Assembly: GCF_000026545.1 (NCBI RefSeq)
Contig: NC_011601.1
DNA length: 64,000 nt
Reading direction: 5' to 3' (one strand)
DNA from: Escherichia coli O127:H6 str. E2348/69
GTDB taxonomy: Bacteria; Pseudomonadota; Gammaproteobacteria; Enterobacterales; Enterobacteriaceae
The stretch's first letter is position 1; every line of letters begins with the position of its first letter. Positions 26,494 to 35,429 of this stretch are shown piece after piece. Under the pieces are notes generated by a model. That model saw nothing but the letters and a program-made list of their open reading frames with translations, searched no databases and was not told the DNA's origin. A program made the translations under genes and the position numbers.

Positions 26494-27028
26494 ACAGGTT
26501 TGTGAGGCTCTGGATGCCTGGGTATGCCGACCAGGAATGACACAGGAGCAGGCGACGATATTAATCACGGAAGCATTCTGGGCTCTGAAAGAACGCCCGA
26601 ACATCGATGTTCAACGCGTCACGTTTAATGATGGCGAGGTTGATCAACGGGCGCTGTGCGTTAACCGGGTGAAGATATTCGAACGCTGGAAAGCTATCGA
26701 CACCAGGGATAAGCGGAAAAAATTCACGGCGCTGATTCCGGCAATTATGGAGGCTATCCGAATTAGTGATTTCAGGCTGTATCGTGAGATCAGTGATGGA
26801 AAAAGCATTACGTACATGATCGCCGGATTAAACAAAGAATATGGCGATGTGGTGGAGTCCGGGCTGCTTTTTGCGGATCCATCTGTTGTGGAACGTGAGA
26901 CTGACGAGCTTATAGAAAAAGCTATTGCTTTCAAGCATGCGTATCGTCAGCAATATCAATATTACTTTGCAGATAAACAAATGTCTGCCAGGGGTTCGTA
27001 TGAGTATCGATGCACTACGATGGGCTAA
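26477..27028 (+). CDS. YdaT-like protein (CII-position gene)
   Basis: 183 aa; segment ALIPAIMEAIRISDFRLY resembles Rac-prophage YdaT as recalled; follows the cro-like gene as in Rac racR-ydaS-ydaT. Confidence 0.55.
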   Translation: MKITPEQVCEALDAWVCRPGMTQEQATILITEAFWALKERPNIDVQRVTFNDGEVDQRALCVNRVKIFERWKAIDTRDKRKKFTALIPAIMEAIRISDFRLYREISDGKSITYMIAGLNKEYGDVVESGLLFADPSVVERETDELIEKAIAFKHAYRQQYQYYFADKQMSARGSYEYRCTTMG

Positions 27029-28040
27029 AAAGGTGAAAACCGGCAGTTCATCCAGTAAGTCTGTATTGACCTGGCTTGCTGATATGTGCGGTGCCGATTT
27101 GTGTGCATACCCGTCTGTATCTGCACTGGCAGAAGTAACGGAACTGAACAAAAAGACTGTGCAGGACAGCTTACGACACCTGATGGAGATTGGGTTAATT
27201 GTTGATACCGGTGAGAGAAAAGGCAGAACAAAGCAAATTGTGGTGTACCGACTTATCGGTGTAGAAGAAAGTGTTGCCGAGCCTGAATACACCCAAAAAC
27301 GGGAGTCTTTAAAGGTGGGTAAAATCGGTGCTGTTAATAAAAACAGTACCGAAAATGGTTATGTTTCAGCACAAAACAGACCCAAAAACGGAACTCTTAG
27401 CTGCATGGAAAATAACCAAAGACACCCAAATTTTCCATCAAAGACACCCAAAAACGGATCACGGAACCCAAAGGAACCCAAAGAGCTAAACCCCACACAT
27501 AACGCACGCGAGAGTGCTCCGACCAGTGAGCAGAAAGTTTTGTCGTTACAGGCTGCACCTCCTGTATTCCTGGATGGCCTGAGCGAACCCATCGAAAAAT
27601 TTCCGATGACCGATAGCTGGTATCCGTCACGGGATTTTCGACGACGGGCTGCGTTGTGGGGGATGGCTTTGCCGGAGACAGAATTCACACCTGCTGAACT
27701 TGCCGCCTTCCGGGACTACTGGGCTGCTGAGGGGAAAGTGTTTACGCAGATTCAGTGGGAGCAGAAATTCGCCCGTCACGTAAATCACGTCAGGGCGCAG
27801 GTTAAACCAGTCAGCAAGGGGGTAAACCATGCAGCAGCACCAGGTGACACCGCATCACGGGCAGTTCAGGAAATTCGGGCAGCACGTGAGCAGTGGGAAC
27901 GTGAAAACGGATTTATCAGCGACGGAAACGGCCTGGAAGCTGTGGGAACTCATGGGGGAGGTTTATTCGAACCGCTGGACCCAGAAGAACGGGGCCGCAC
28001 CTTCGAAGCTCTGGATTGCACAGATTGGTGCGATGACTGA
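27000..28040 (+). CDS. Replication initiation protein (O-like / primosomal) with N-terminal winged-helix domain
   Basis: MSIDALRWAKKV...SVSALAEVTELNKKTVQDSLRHLMEIGLIV HTH; immediately upstream of the P-like gene. Confidence 0.55.
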   Translation: MSIDALRWAKKVKTGSSSSKSVLTWLADMCGADLCAYPSVSALAEVTELNKKTVQDSLRHLMEIGLIVDTGERKGRTKQIVVYRLIGVEESVAEPEYTQKRESLKVGKIGAVNKNSTENGYVSAQNRPKNGTLSCMENNQRHPNFPSKTPKNGSRNPKEPKELNPTHNARESAPTSEQKVLSLQAAPPVFLDGLSEPIEKFPMTDSWYPSRDFRRRAALWGMALPETEFTPAELAAFRDYWAAEGKVFTQIQWEQKFARHVNHVRAQVKPVSKGVNHAAAPGDTASRAVQEIRAAREQWERENGFISDGNGLEAVGTHGGGLFEPLDPEERGRTFEALDCTDWCDD

Positions 28041-28494
28041 GCAGAAAATCCGACAGGTCTGCCGCCAGTGCATGGACCGCTGCCGGGCGGGTGAAACATG
28101 GCCTCCGGACCTGGCTGAGTTTGTGGCGCTGATTTCTGAAAGCGGAGCCAATCCATTCGGTCTGACGGTGGATGCCGTGATGGAGGAGTACCGTCGCTGG
28201 CGCAACGAGTCCTGGCGATACGACGGGAGCGATAAATACCCGTGGTCTCAGCCTGTGCTGTATCACATTTGCCTCGAGATGCGTTCAAAGGGGATTGAGC
28301 GGCAGATGACCGAAGGGGAGTTAAAACGGCTTGCAGAACGGCAGCTGACGAAATGGGCAAAGCATGTTAGTAACGGCCTGAGTGTTCCGCCAGTCCGGCG
28401 ACAACTGGCGGCACCCAAACGCCCGTCGGGGCCAACGCCAATTGAGTTGCTGAAACAGGAATATGAACGCCGGAAAGCGGCTGGGCTTGTCTGA
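27952..28494 (+). CDS. Replication protein P-like helicase loader
   Basis: Colinear similarity to lambda P C-terminal half as recalled (YPWS..., ...GELKRLAERQL..., ...KWAKHVSNGLSVPPV); start uncertain (27829, 27952 or 28033). Confidence 0.6.
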   Translation: MGEVYSNRWTQKNGAAPSKLWIAQIGAMTEQKIRQVCRQCMDRCRAGETWPPDLAEFVALISESGANPFGLTVDAVMEEYRRWRNESWRYDGSDKYPWSQPVLYHICLEMRSKGIERQMTEGELKRLAERQLTKWAKHVSNGLSVPPVRRQLAAPKRPSGPTPIELLKQEYERRKAAGLV

Positions 28495-28526
28495 GTTGAG
28501 AAGTAATTTTTACCGGGAGGAAATTT

Positions 28527-28801
28527 ATGGAGACTGTTTTTGACGCACTGAAAGCAATGGGAAAAGCCACATCCATAGAACTTGCTGCGCGCGTGAAGAA
28601 GTGCTGAACGAACTATGGGAACTGAAAAAGGCTGGTTTTGTTGATAAAAGCGCGTACACCTGGCGTGTGGCTGATAACAACGTTCAGCAGGAACAGCCAG
28701 CGCAGGCAGAACTGCCGGAAGAAACCACCACAATGAGTGAAGTTATGCAGCGCATACTGGCATTTTATCAGGGAAATGTTCGATATTTTAGACGTTACTA
28801 G
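28527..28801 (+). pseudogene. Small phage ORF apparently interrupted by frameshift/stop
   Basis: ATG at 28527 gives [26 protein letters not shown] and the sense continues in another frame (ORF 28601-28801). Confidence 0.35.
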
Positions 28802-29240
28802 ATTAAAGAGCATTAGTTCAGATGTGAATTGACATTGTGTGGCACAGGGTTGGGCTAGCGTGGGGGTTTGCTTTGTGTAAGAAACGGATGCTCTGCAAAT
28901 TACTACTAATGCTTAATGTTAGTCTGATCTGCTCCCCGATGATTAATACACCGCTATGTTAGTAATGTCTGTAGATCGCTGTGTGTTGCATCCATCGGTT
29001 GACCCCACAGTCCAAACCAGACTGTCAGCTTTGATTCGATTCTATCTACTCAACCTGTCAGGTAATGTCTGAGCTAATACACAGAGTACGGCTATCGCGA
29101 ACTTTAAGCTAGGTATCTGATACGCACCGTTCACTTGGTCGTACTTCTTGCACTGACTAGCTATCGTGCGCAGTTATTTATAGGTAATCTCCAGTGTATA
29201 ATTTTCCAACTTATGGGAGATTGTAAAACAGGAGGAATAT

Positions 29241-30083
29241 ATGAGGAAAAAATCGTTTGGACGTTGCCCGTTTGATTTCGACGAAGATGTAAAAAAAATA
29301 GCCGCGATAAATAAATATATCCATGCGAAATTTGAGAGGCATAAAAATAAAATAGATAACCTAAAGGGGGTGGAACAAAAATTGATGGTTTTACATTACT
29401 TTAATGTACTGAATGAACTTAGTAATCAGGCTATATTTTCTTTGAGTACCGGAGCCTTTTCAGCATCGGAAGTATTAACTAGAGTTATAATGGAACAGGC
29501 TGCCAATCAATTTTATATAGCAATTGATGATGGAAAAAATGCACAAGCATTACTCAAGGGTAGTAAGAAATTAGTTCATAGTAATGGGAAACGGTGGCTG
29601 GAGTGTTTAAAATCCAAAGAAATGACTAATCCAGCAGCAGATGAAAGGATTCGTATCGGAAAAGAGCTAACTGATATGTTTAATAGATTGTGGCCAAATA
29701 CACCTGAATATCCTGGAACCAAAAAGCTTTTCGAAGTAATTGGCTGGGAAACACACTATCATGCCTATTACGTCCCTCTTTGTGATTCAATACATACATT
29801 CTCTGATGATATGGCAAATATAGTATCTCTATATAATGCAATCCAAAGCGATAAAACTACTGCTATCGAACTCACTCTTGCAGTTAAACAAGAAAATAAA
29901 CGGCTGGCAATTTATAATGTCGTAATTGCTATTGGCCTGCGGTGTGAGGCCTTAGTAAATGTATTTAACTCTTTAGGTTATCGAGATATTATAACTGAAA
30001 TGGCGCCAACAATAGATGCAGTCAACCAGATTATAATTCGATATGATGATTTCGAACATTCCAGAATTTTTTATTGTCAATAA
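29241..30083 (+). CDS. Uncharacterised 280-aa protein in AT-rich accessory island
   Basis: Clean ORF with RBS aggagg 8 nt upstream; visibly AT-rich codon usage; no motif I can assign. Confidence 0.7.
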   Translation: MRKKSFGRCPFDFDEDVKKIAAINKYIHAKFERHKNKIDNLKGVEQKLMVLHYFNVLNELSNQAIFSLSTGAFSASEVLTRVIMEQAANQFYIAIDDGKNAQALLKGSKKLVHSNGKRWLECLKSKEMTNPAADERIRIGKELTDMFNRLWPNTPEYPGTKKLFEVIGWETHYHAYYVPLCDSIHTFSDDMANIVSLYNAIQSDKTTAIELTLAVKQENKRLAIYNVVIAIGLRCEALVNVFNSLGYRDIITEMAPTIDAVNQIIIRYDDFEHSRIFYCQ

Positions 30084-30140
30084 TTAATTGGCAGAATTCG
30101 TACATGCACAACAACTAGTTATAGTTGACCTATTTCGCTC

Positions 30141-30710
30141 TTGAGAGACAACCATACTCAAATCTTCCACATTGCAGGAGATTTGAGTATGAATACGTCA
30201 CCGAGGAACAAAGACAGTATCATAGGCCCAAAAAGACCACTTCAGATATCTCATATCTGGGGGCTCCAAATCCGGCTTGAACTGGAAGGTAAAACGCGTG
30301 ATTTAGCTCGGTTTCAAGCAGAGCTACGGTGCTGCAACTGAAAAACTGGCAGTCCTATCCAATTTGAGATAACCAAAGGGACAAGAGAAGCTGTTTCTGC
30401 ATTGATAAAGCTTGGCAATTTACGCAGTAAAGACTACTTGTTCCGATCTCGGGTCGGTACTAACCAACACATATCAATCCTGCAATATAACCGAATCTTT
30501 CATAGGAGGGAGAAAAGCTTGGTCTCGAAGATTCGCTTTACAGCACACATTCCATGAGAAGAACAAAACCTTGCCTTGTCTGCAAGAAAACTAAGAATCT
30601 CCGGGTGATCCAACTTCCGTTGGGCCATAAGAAAACGGAAAGCACAGTTCGTTATCTGGGTATAGAAGTTGATGATGCATTAGAGATCTCTGAATCGATC
30701 GAAGTCTAAA
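30141..30710 (+). pseudogene. Degraded tyrosine recombinase/integrase
   Basis: Three short frames with recombinase hallmarks: GPKRPLQISHIWGLQIRLELEGKTRDLA (N-terminal) and HSMRRTKPCLV...LPLGHKKTESTVRYLGIEVDDALEISE (box II His/Arg and catalytic Tyr region); interrupted by stops/frameshifts. Confidence 0.6.
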
Positions 30711-31121
30711 GCTGTCAGGGCTGCAGCAGCAGCCCTGTGCCAAGAGCGTACCAATATATGTCTCAAAAAATTGGGCACAGGTCAATATCAATACCAACAA
30801 CTCTGATTGTGCTCATGTGATTTACTCCTGTAGAAAACGCAGACAGTAAAAATATTTCACTGGCTGCTTCAGACAGGGCGTCCATCATATCATTACATAA
30901 CAATAGCGGGGCACGATATCTAGACATGCAGCAACGATGGACATAGAATGAGTACAATCAAAAGCATGTTTAACTACTTTAATTTAAAAATCTTAGAATC
31001 TTAGGTGTAGAGTTCAATACTTAGTTACATACCCTTTTGAAAGCATCACAAATCATAACTATGAGCCTGTTAAAGGCATAGGTATTCTTAATTAAGAGCA
31101 TTTTAATGAGAGAAAAATAAA

Positions 31122-32495
31122 ATGAAAAGACTATATTATACCCATCATGATAGTCGAACCTTAAAACTTGCTATAGAAGGTGATGTTTCTGATAATGCGA
31201 ATATTTTTACAGTAATTGTAGGTAAAAATGGCGTTGGAAAAAGCAGATTGTTATCTCAGATTGCTAAAGACTGTATTCAAGATATTCATTTCTTGAAAAC
31301 TTTTAATCCATTATTTGACAGAGAAATAACACCAAAGTTAATTGCCGTATCTACCAGCCCATTCGATAAATTCCCTCCAGGGCGTAGGTCATTAAATCAC
31401 CAAAGGAAAGAAAATAATTATCGCTATGTGGGTATGCGTGGAGAAGGCCCCTTCGGCGTATCAAATGCCGTATCCCTTTTATCTTCAGCAGCGAGAGGTT
31501 GGCTAGAGAAACTTGCTTATTCAGAAAATCCTGCAAATTTACTCGATGTTTTTCATTCTATTGATTTTGAGCCCCATATAGAGTTTGTATTTAAACCAAC
31601 TTACAACGGACCGGACACTCCTGACTATAACTTCATTGGTGTATATTCAGATGAGATATTAACGGAAGTTAAGGAGTTATATTTAAAATACAATATAAAA
31701 ATTGACAGGAAGAATATTGAGAGTCTCTTAAAGTTAAACTCCGAATCACGTCATGATATTTACGAAGCACTGGTTGAAATTAATCGATTTGAACCTGAAC
31801 GTAGGGCTGTAACCTTGTCAGTCGATTTTACCAATGGTGAAACATTGGTTGGCTCGACTTATGCGAATAATTATTTTTCTAGATCAATTCTTAAACTTAT
31901 GAACGCTGGCTTCATGAGATTGATGGATATGCGACTCATAAAAAAAAGCTATGGTCCCATGTCACTTAAACGTGCGAGCTCGGGAGAACAATGTTTATTA
32001 GTGATGTTGCTTGGAATTGCAGGGCATATAACTGATGGTTCTATAATACTAATTGATGAACCGGAAATAAGCTTGCATCCTCGATGGCAGGAAGAGTTTA
32101 TCATTATGTTAACAAAAGCATTTTTAACTTACTCAGGTTGTCAATTCATAATTGCAACTCATTCACCACAAATAATATCCAATTTGCCGAATAAAGGTTG
32201 TTATATAACATCTTTGTCGAAAAGTTATCTTTATAAAGCAAAATACTTTAGCAACCGGTCTGCAGACTATCAACTTGCGGAACTATTTGATGCCCCTGGC
32301 ATTATGAATGAATACATTGCCAGATTAGCTTTCAATTTACTTTCAAAAGTTAAGACTGCTAAGTTAGTAACAGATGATAATTGGCGTGAATTAAAACAAC
32401 TCCAGCTTCTCCTTGAAAACGTTAATAGTAATGACCCTATTAATGAACTCGTAAATTCCGTATCTCAGGTGTGTGAAATTTATGCCAAAAATTAA
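31122..32495 (+). CDS. ABC/AAA_21-type ATPase, Septu PtuA-like
   Basis: Walker A VIVGKNGVGKSRLL; Walker B + D-loop IILIDEPEISLHP; H-loop IIATHSPQII; 457 aa; overlaps downstream HNH gene. Confidence 0.75.
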   Translation: MKRLYYTHHDSRTLKLAIEGDVSDNANIFTVIVGKNGVGKSRLLSQIAKDCIQDIHFLKTFNPLFDREITPKLIAVSTSPFDKFPPGRRSLNHQRKENNYRYVGMRGEGPFGVSNAVSLLSSAARGWLEKLAYSENPANLLDVFHSIDFEPHIEFVFKPTYNGPDTPDYNFIGVYSDEILTEVKELYLKYNIKIDRKNIESLLKLNSESRHDIYEALVEINRFEPERRAVTLSVDFTNGETLVGSTYANNYFSRSILKLMNAGFMRLMDMRLIKKSYGPMSLKRASSGEQCLLVMLLGIAGHITDGSIILIDEPEISLHPRWQEEFIIMLTKAFLTYSGCQFIIATHSPQIISNLPNKGCYITSLSKSYLYKAKYFSNRSADYQLAELFDAPGIMNEYIARLAFNLLSKVKTAKLVTDDNWRELKQLQLLLENVNSNDPINELVNSVSQVCEIYAKN

Positions 32496-33117
32496 AAATC
32501 CAATTAGATTCAGCGCAGAGTCATTAGATATTATTGAGAAAAAATTGTCTTCTCCAGATTTTAAGCATACCAACTGGGGAGATGATGATTTGCAAGTTCT
32601 CCGTGCAGAAATTAGAAATCATTACAGAGAAGAACAAAAGCTAGAATGTGTATATTGTCATGAGCCTATTGGGGTAAGAGCTGCACAAGCTGCTCCTATA
32701 GAGCATATTGTGCCAAAATCTCAATATCTATGTTTTATTTTTGAACCTAAGAATCTATGTGTAGTATGTCCTGACTGCAATGAATTCAAAGGTAAAAATG
32801 AAGTGTTATTTGAACCCGTAATAAATGGGGGGCGGCGCAAAAACTATCCAACTGCATCTGCATCATTTCGCATCGTTCATCCACATATAGATGATTATGA
32901 GATGCATATTATAAAAGCAAATCGTGTTTATGTGGACAAAACACCTAAAGGGCACTATACCATTGGAATATGTAAACTAAATAGATTTTTTCATTATTTT
33001 GGGATGTGTGATGAATTTGTTAATGATGCAAAAATTGCTGAGGCAAATGAAAATTTTTTCAAAAAAGGTAGTATTACTACTAATGAATTATTGGATGATG
33101 ACATTCATTTGATTTAA
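32473..33117 (+). CDS. HNH endonuclease, Septu PtuB-like
   Basis: HNH/zinc motif CVYCHEP...IEHIVPKS...CVVCPDCNEFKGKN; 214 aa; start overlaps ATPase gene end by 23 nt. Confidence 0.75.
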   Translation: MKFMPKIKNPIRFSAESLDIIEKKLSSPDFKHTNWGDDDLQVLRAEIRNHYREEQKLECVYCHEPIGVRAAQAAPIEHIVPKSQYLCFIFEPKNLCVVCPDCNEFKGKNEVLFEPVINGGRRKNYPTASASFRIVHPHIDDYEMHIIKANRVYVDKTPKGHYTIGICKLNRFFHYFGMCDEFVNDAKIAEANENFFKKGSITTNELLDDDIHLI

Positions 33118-33371
33118 CTATGAATTATTATATTGTAAAGTAATCAGGTAAGATATGTTAGACAGTGAGACTATTGCCTTACAGAATTCATTATTCTTAT
33201 GGATCGCCTTTCTGACTGATTTCATATTGGCGGGGTAACGGGAGTTAAGTAGAATGGCTGCGGGTGCTTGAGGCTATCTGTCTCAGGCATGAACACCAAA
33301 GGCAGATAGAGAAAAGCCCCAGTTAACATTACGCGTCCTGCAAGACGCTTAACATTAATCTGAGGCCAATT

Positions 33372-34460
33372 TCATGCTAGACACATGTAGGTTAGCCTCT
33401 TACGTGCCGGAAGGCAAGGAGATGTATGGGTCCACCACATATTGCAATTTTTATTCTCTTTTAAAATATATTCCACGGGCGTCATTAGTGCGAGCGCCTT
33501 GTGGGGTCTTTTGCTGTTATACAGCACCAGATATTCCGCCAGCTTCTGGTTAAATAGCGCCAGATCTTCAAAGAGTAAAATCTCATTAAATTCAATAAAC
33601 TGCTCTCTTAACGTCCGGTTAAAACGTTCACAGATAGCGTTCATTTTTGGCGTGTAGGGATAGGTCCAGAGGTGTTTGATAGCGGCTTCCTGCAGCGTTT
33701 TGTCGAAGTTTCCCAGGAACTCTTTTCCGTTATCTGTGATTATCTGGCTGATACCGACCGGGAACAACCGGGCTGCGCGGCTGAAGAAGTGATTGACGAT
33801 ATCACTGTTGAGTGACGGCACAGCCAGCGCCAGCGCGTAATTGCTGCATTCGTCGATCATGGTGATGACATAGCGACGCAGTTCGCCCATTCTGAGCTCA
33901 ATGGCGTCCATCCCAATGAGCTCACCTGTCTTTACCGGGCGGTAGTGCTTTGGCCTGCGGGGTTTGGCAGACCGCTTTTTGACAAGCAGTGCCTTCCCCC
34001 GCGATCCCAGACGCACAGGTATCATCCGCATTTTATCATGTGCGGCAGCGATCATTCTGCCGATGGTGGAAACACTCGGACAGGCCAGATAGCGCTGTTC
34101 GCACCAGGGCTTCAGGCGAACAAAAATCTGCTCTTTACCGAGGTTCGGCAGCTCTGTCCTGAGGCGTCGAATCTCTTTCAGCACATCGGGATGCCAGTGT
34201 TTTTTTCGTCGCACCAGAGGTGCCTTACTGTGCGGGATTAGCCCCTCAGGTCCTTCCTTGTTCAGTAACTGACGCCACCAGTAAAGCGTGCGGCAGGACA
34301 CGCCAAAGGCTTCAGAAGCTGCAGAAATACCGTGTTTATCCCAGAAGTGCAGAGCCTTCATTCTCATTGTTGCTATATCAGCCATCACTGAAAGCCTCAA
34401 CGCATAATCGGCCGTTTGGTAGTACTTAGGATAGCCAACCATCAGATGCTGCATTTGCAT
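33372..34460 (-). CDS. IS481-family DDE transposase (integrase-core/rve domain)
   Basis: 362 aa; N-terminal HTH (...CRTLYWWRQ...), DDE core, C-terminal ...YNSKRPHKALALMTPVEY typical of rve transposases. Confidence 0.7.
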   Translation of the reverse strand: MQMQHLMVGYPKYYQTADYALRLSVMADIATMRMKALHFWDKHGISAASEAFGVSCRTLYWWRQLLNKEGPEGLIPHSKAPLVRRKKHWHPDVLKEIRRLRTELPNLGKEQIFVRLKPWCEQRYLACPSVSTIGRMIAAAHDKMRMIPVRLGSRGKALLVKKRSAKPRRPKHYRPVKTGELIGMDAIELRMGELRRYVITMIDECSNYALALAVPSLNSDIVNHFFSRAARLFPVGISQIITDNGKEFLGNFDKTLQEAAIKHLWTYPYTPKMNAICERFNRTLREQFIEFNEILLFEDLALFNQKLAEYLVLYNSKRPHKALALMTPVEYILKENKNCNMWWTHTSPCLPARKRLTYMCLA

Positions 34461-34490
34461 AGTGCAATCTCCCCTTACTTATCCGGAGGC
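33372..34490 (-). mobile_element. IS481-family insertion sequence (approximate limits)
   Basis: Single-ORF DDE transposase; imperfect terminal inverted repeats ccggaaggcaaggagat (about 33406) and revcomp of atctccccttacttatccgg (about 34467-34486); exact ends not resolved. Confidence 0.6.
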
Positions 34491-34531
34491 AATTGCAATA
34501 TCTCTGTGAACTTACACAGGAGAAGCAGGCT

Positions 34532-34687
34532 ATGAAGCAGCAAAAGGCGATGTTAATCGCCCTGATCGTCATCTGTTTAACCGTCATAGTGACGACACTG
34601 GTAACGAGGAAAGACCTCTGCGAGGTACGAATCCGAACCGGCCAGACGGAGGCCGCTGTCTTCACAGCTTACGAACCTGAGGAGTAA
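34532..34687 (+). CDS. hok: Hok/Gef-family type I toxin
   Basis: MKQQKAMLIALIVICLTVIVTTLVTRKDLCEVRIRTGQTEAAVFTAYEPEE, near-identical in pattern to Hok/Gef peptides as recalled. Confidence 0.9.
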   Translation: MKQQKAMLIALIVICLTVIVTTLVTRKDLCEVRIRTGQTEAAVFTAYEPEE

Positions 34688-34756
34688 GAGACCCGGCGAG
34701 GGAGAAATCCCTCGCCACCTCTGATGTGGCAGGCATCCTCAACGCACCCGCACTTA

Positions 34757-34777
34757 ACCCGCTTCGGCGGGTTTTTG
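34757..34777 (+). terminator. Rho-independent terminator downstream of hok
   Basis: cccgcttcggcggg stem-loop followed by a T-run. Confidence 0.7.
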
Positions 34778-34903
34778 TTTTTATTTTCAACGCGTTTGAA
34801 GTTCTGGACGGCGCCGGAATAGAATCAAAAATACTTAAGTAGCGCGCAGGGATAAGAGGGATGGTCCCTTAAAGGGGAGAGCTAATTATCCGGAAGGATT
34901 CTG

Positions 34904-35155
34904 ATGATGAACATCGAAGAACTGCGTAAAATTTTTTGTGAAGATGGCCTCTATGCTGTGTGCGTTGAAAATGGAAATCTTGTTAGTCATTACCGCATTA
35001 TGTGTTTGCGAAAGAATGGGGCTGCGTTAATTAATTTTGTGGATGGTCGAGTGACAGACGGATTTATCTTGCGCGAAGGTGAGTTTGTCACTTCATTACA
35101 GGCACTGAAAGAGATCGGAATAAAAGCAGGCTTTTCAGCTTTTGCAGAAGAATAA
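34904..35155 (+). CDS. Hypothetical phage protein (83 aa)
   Basis: ORF with plausible spacing in the nin region; no recognisable motif. Confidence 0.45.
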   Translation: MMNIEELRKIFCEDGLYAVCVENGNLVSHYRIMCLRKNGAALINFVDGRVTDGFILREGEFVTSLQALKEIGIKAGFSAFAEE

Positions 35156-35429
35156 ACTCATCTACAATCTTGCGCGGGGCTGAACTCCCGCTGAGTAACA
35201 CCGTGCCACCGGAGAAAACCGATGGCACGCAACGTAAAATATTACAATTCTGATAATTCGCCCGTTCTTGCCTGCACGCACGAGCGGTATTCTCACGCAT
35301 TCAAGTCTGAATGGTTCCAACACCCTCCATGTACTGAAGAGCAGGCTGAATGGACAATTCAGTGTTACCGCAGGCGCGGATACGAGGTTAAGAAAGCCCT
35401 CAGCCTCGATTATCGTCACTGGATAATCT

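Noticed and set aside
30591-30957. Two minus-strand ORFs of 69 and 64 aa
   Set aside because: Short, no start context, located in the decayed recombinase/intergenic region
34493-34531. Upstream in-frame ATG (MQYLCELTQEKQA...) as a mok gene
   Set aside because: It is in the same frame as hok rather than an overlapping frame, so I treat it as an in-frame extension only; true hok start is MKQQKAM at 34532
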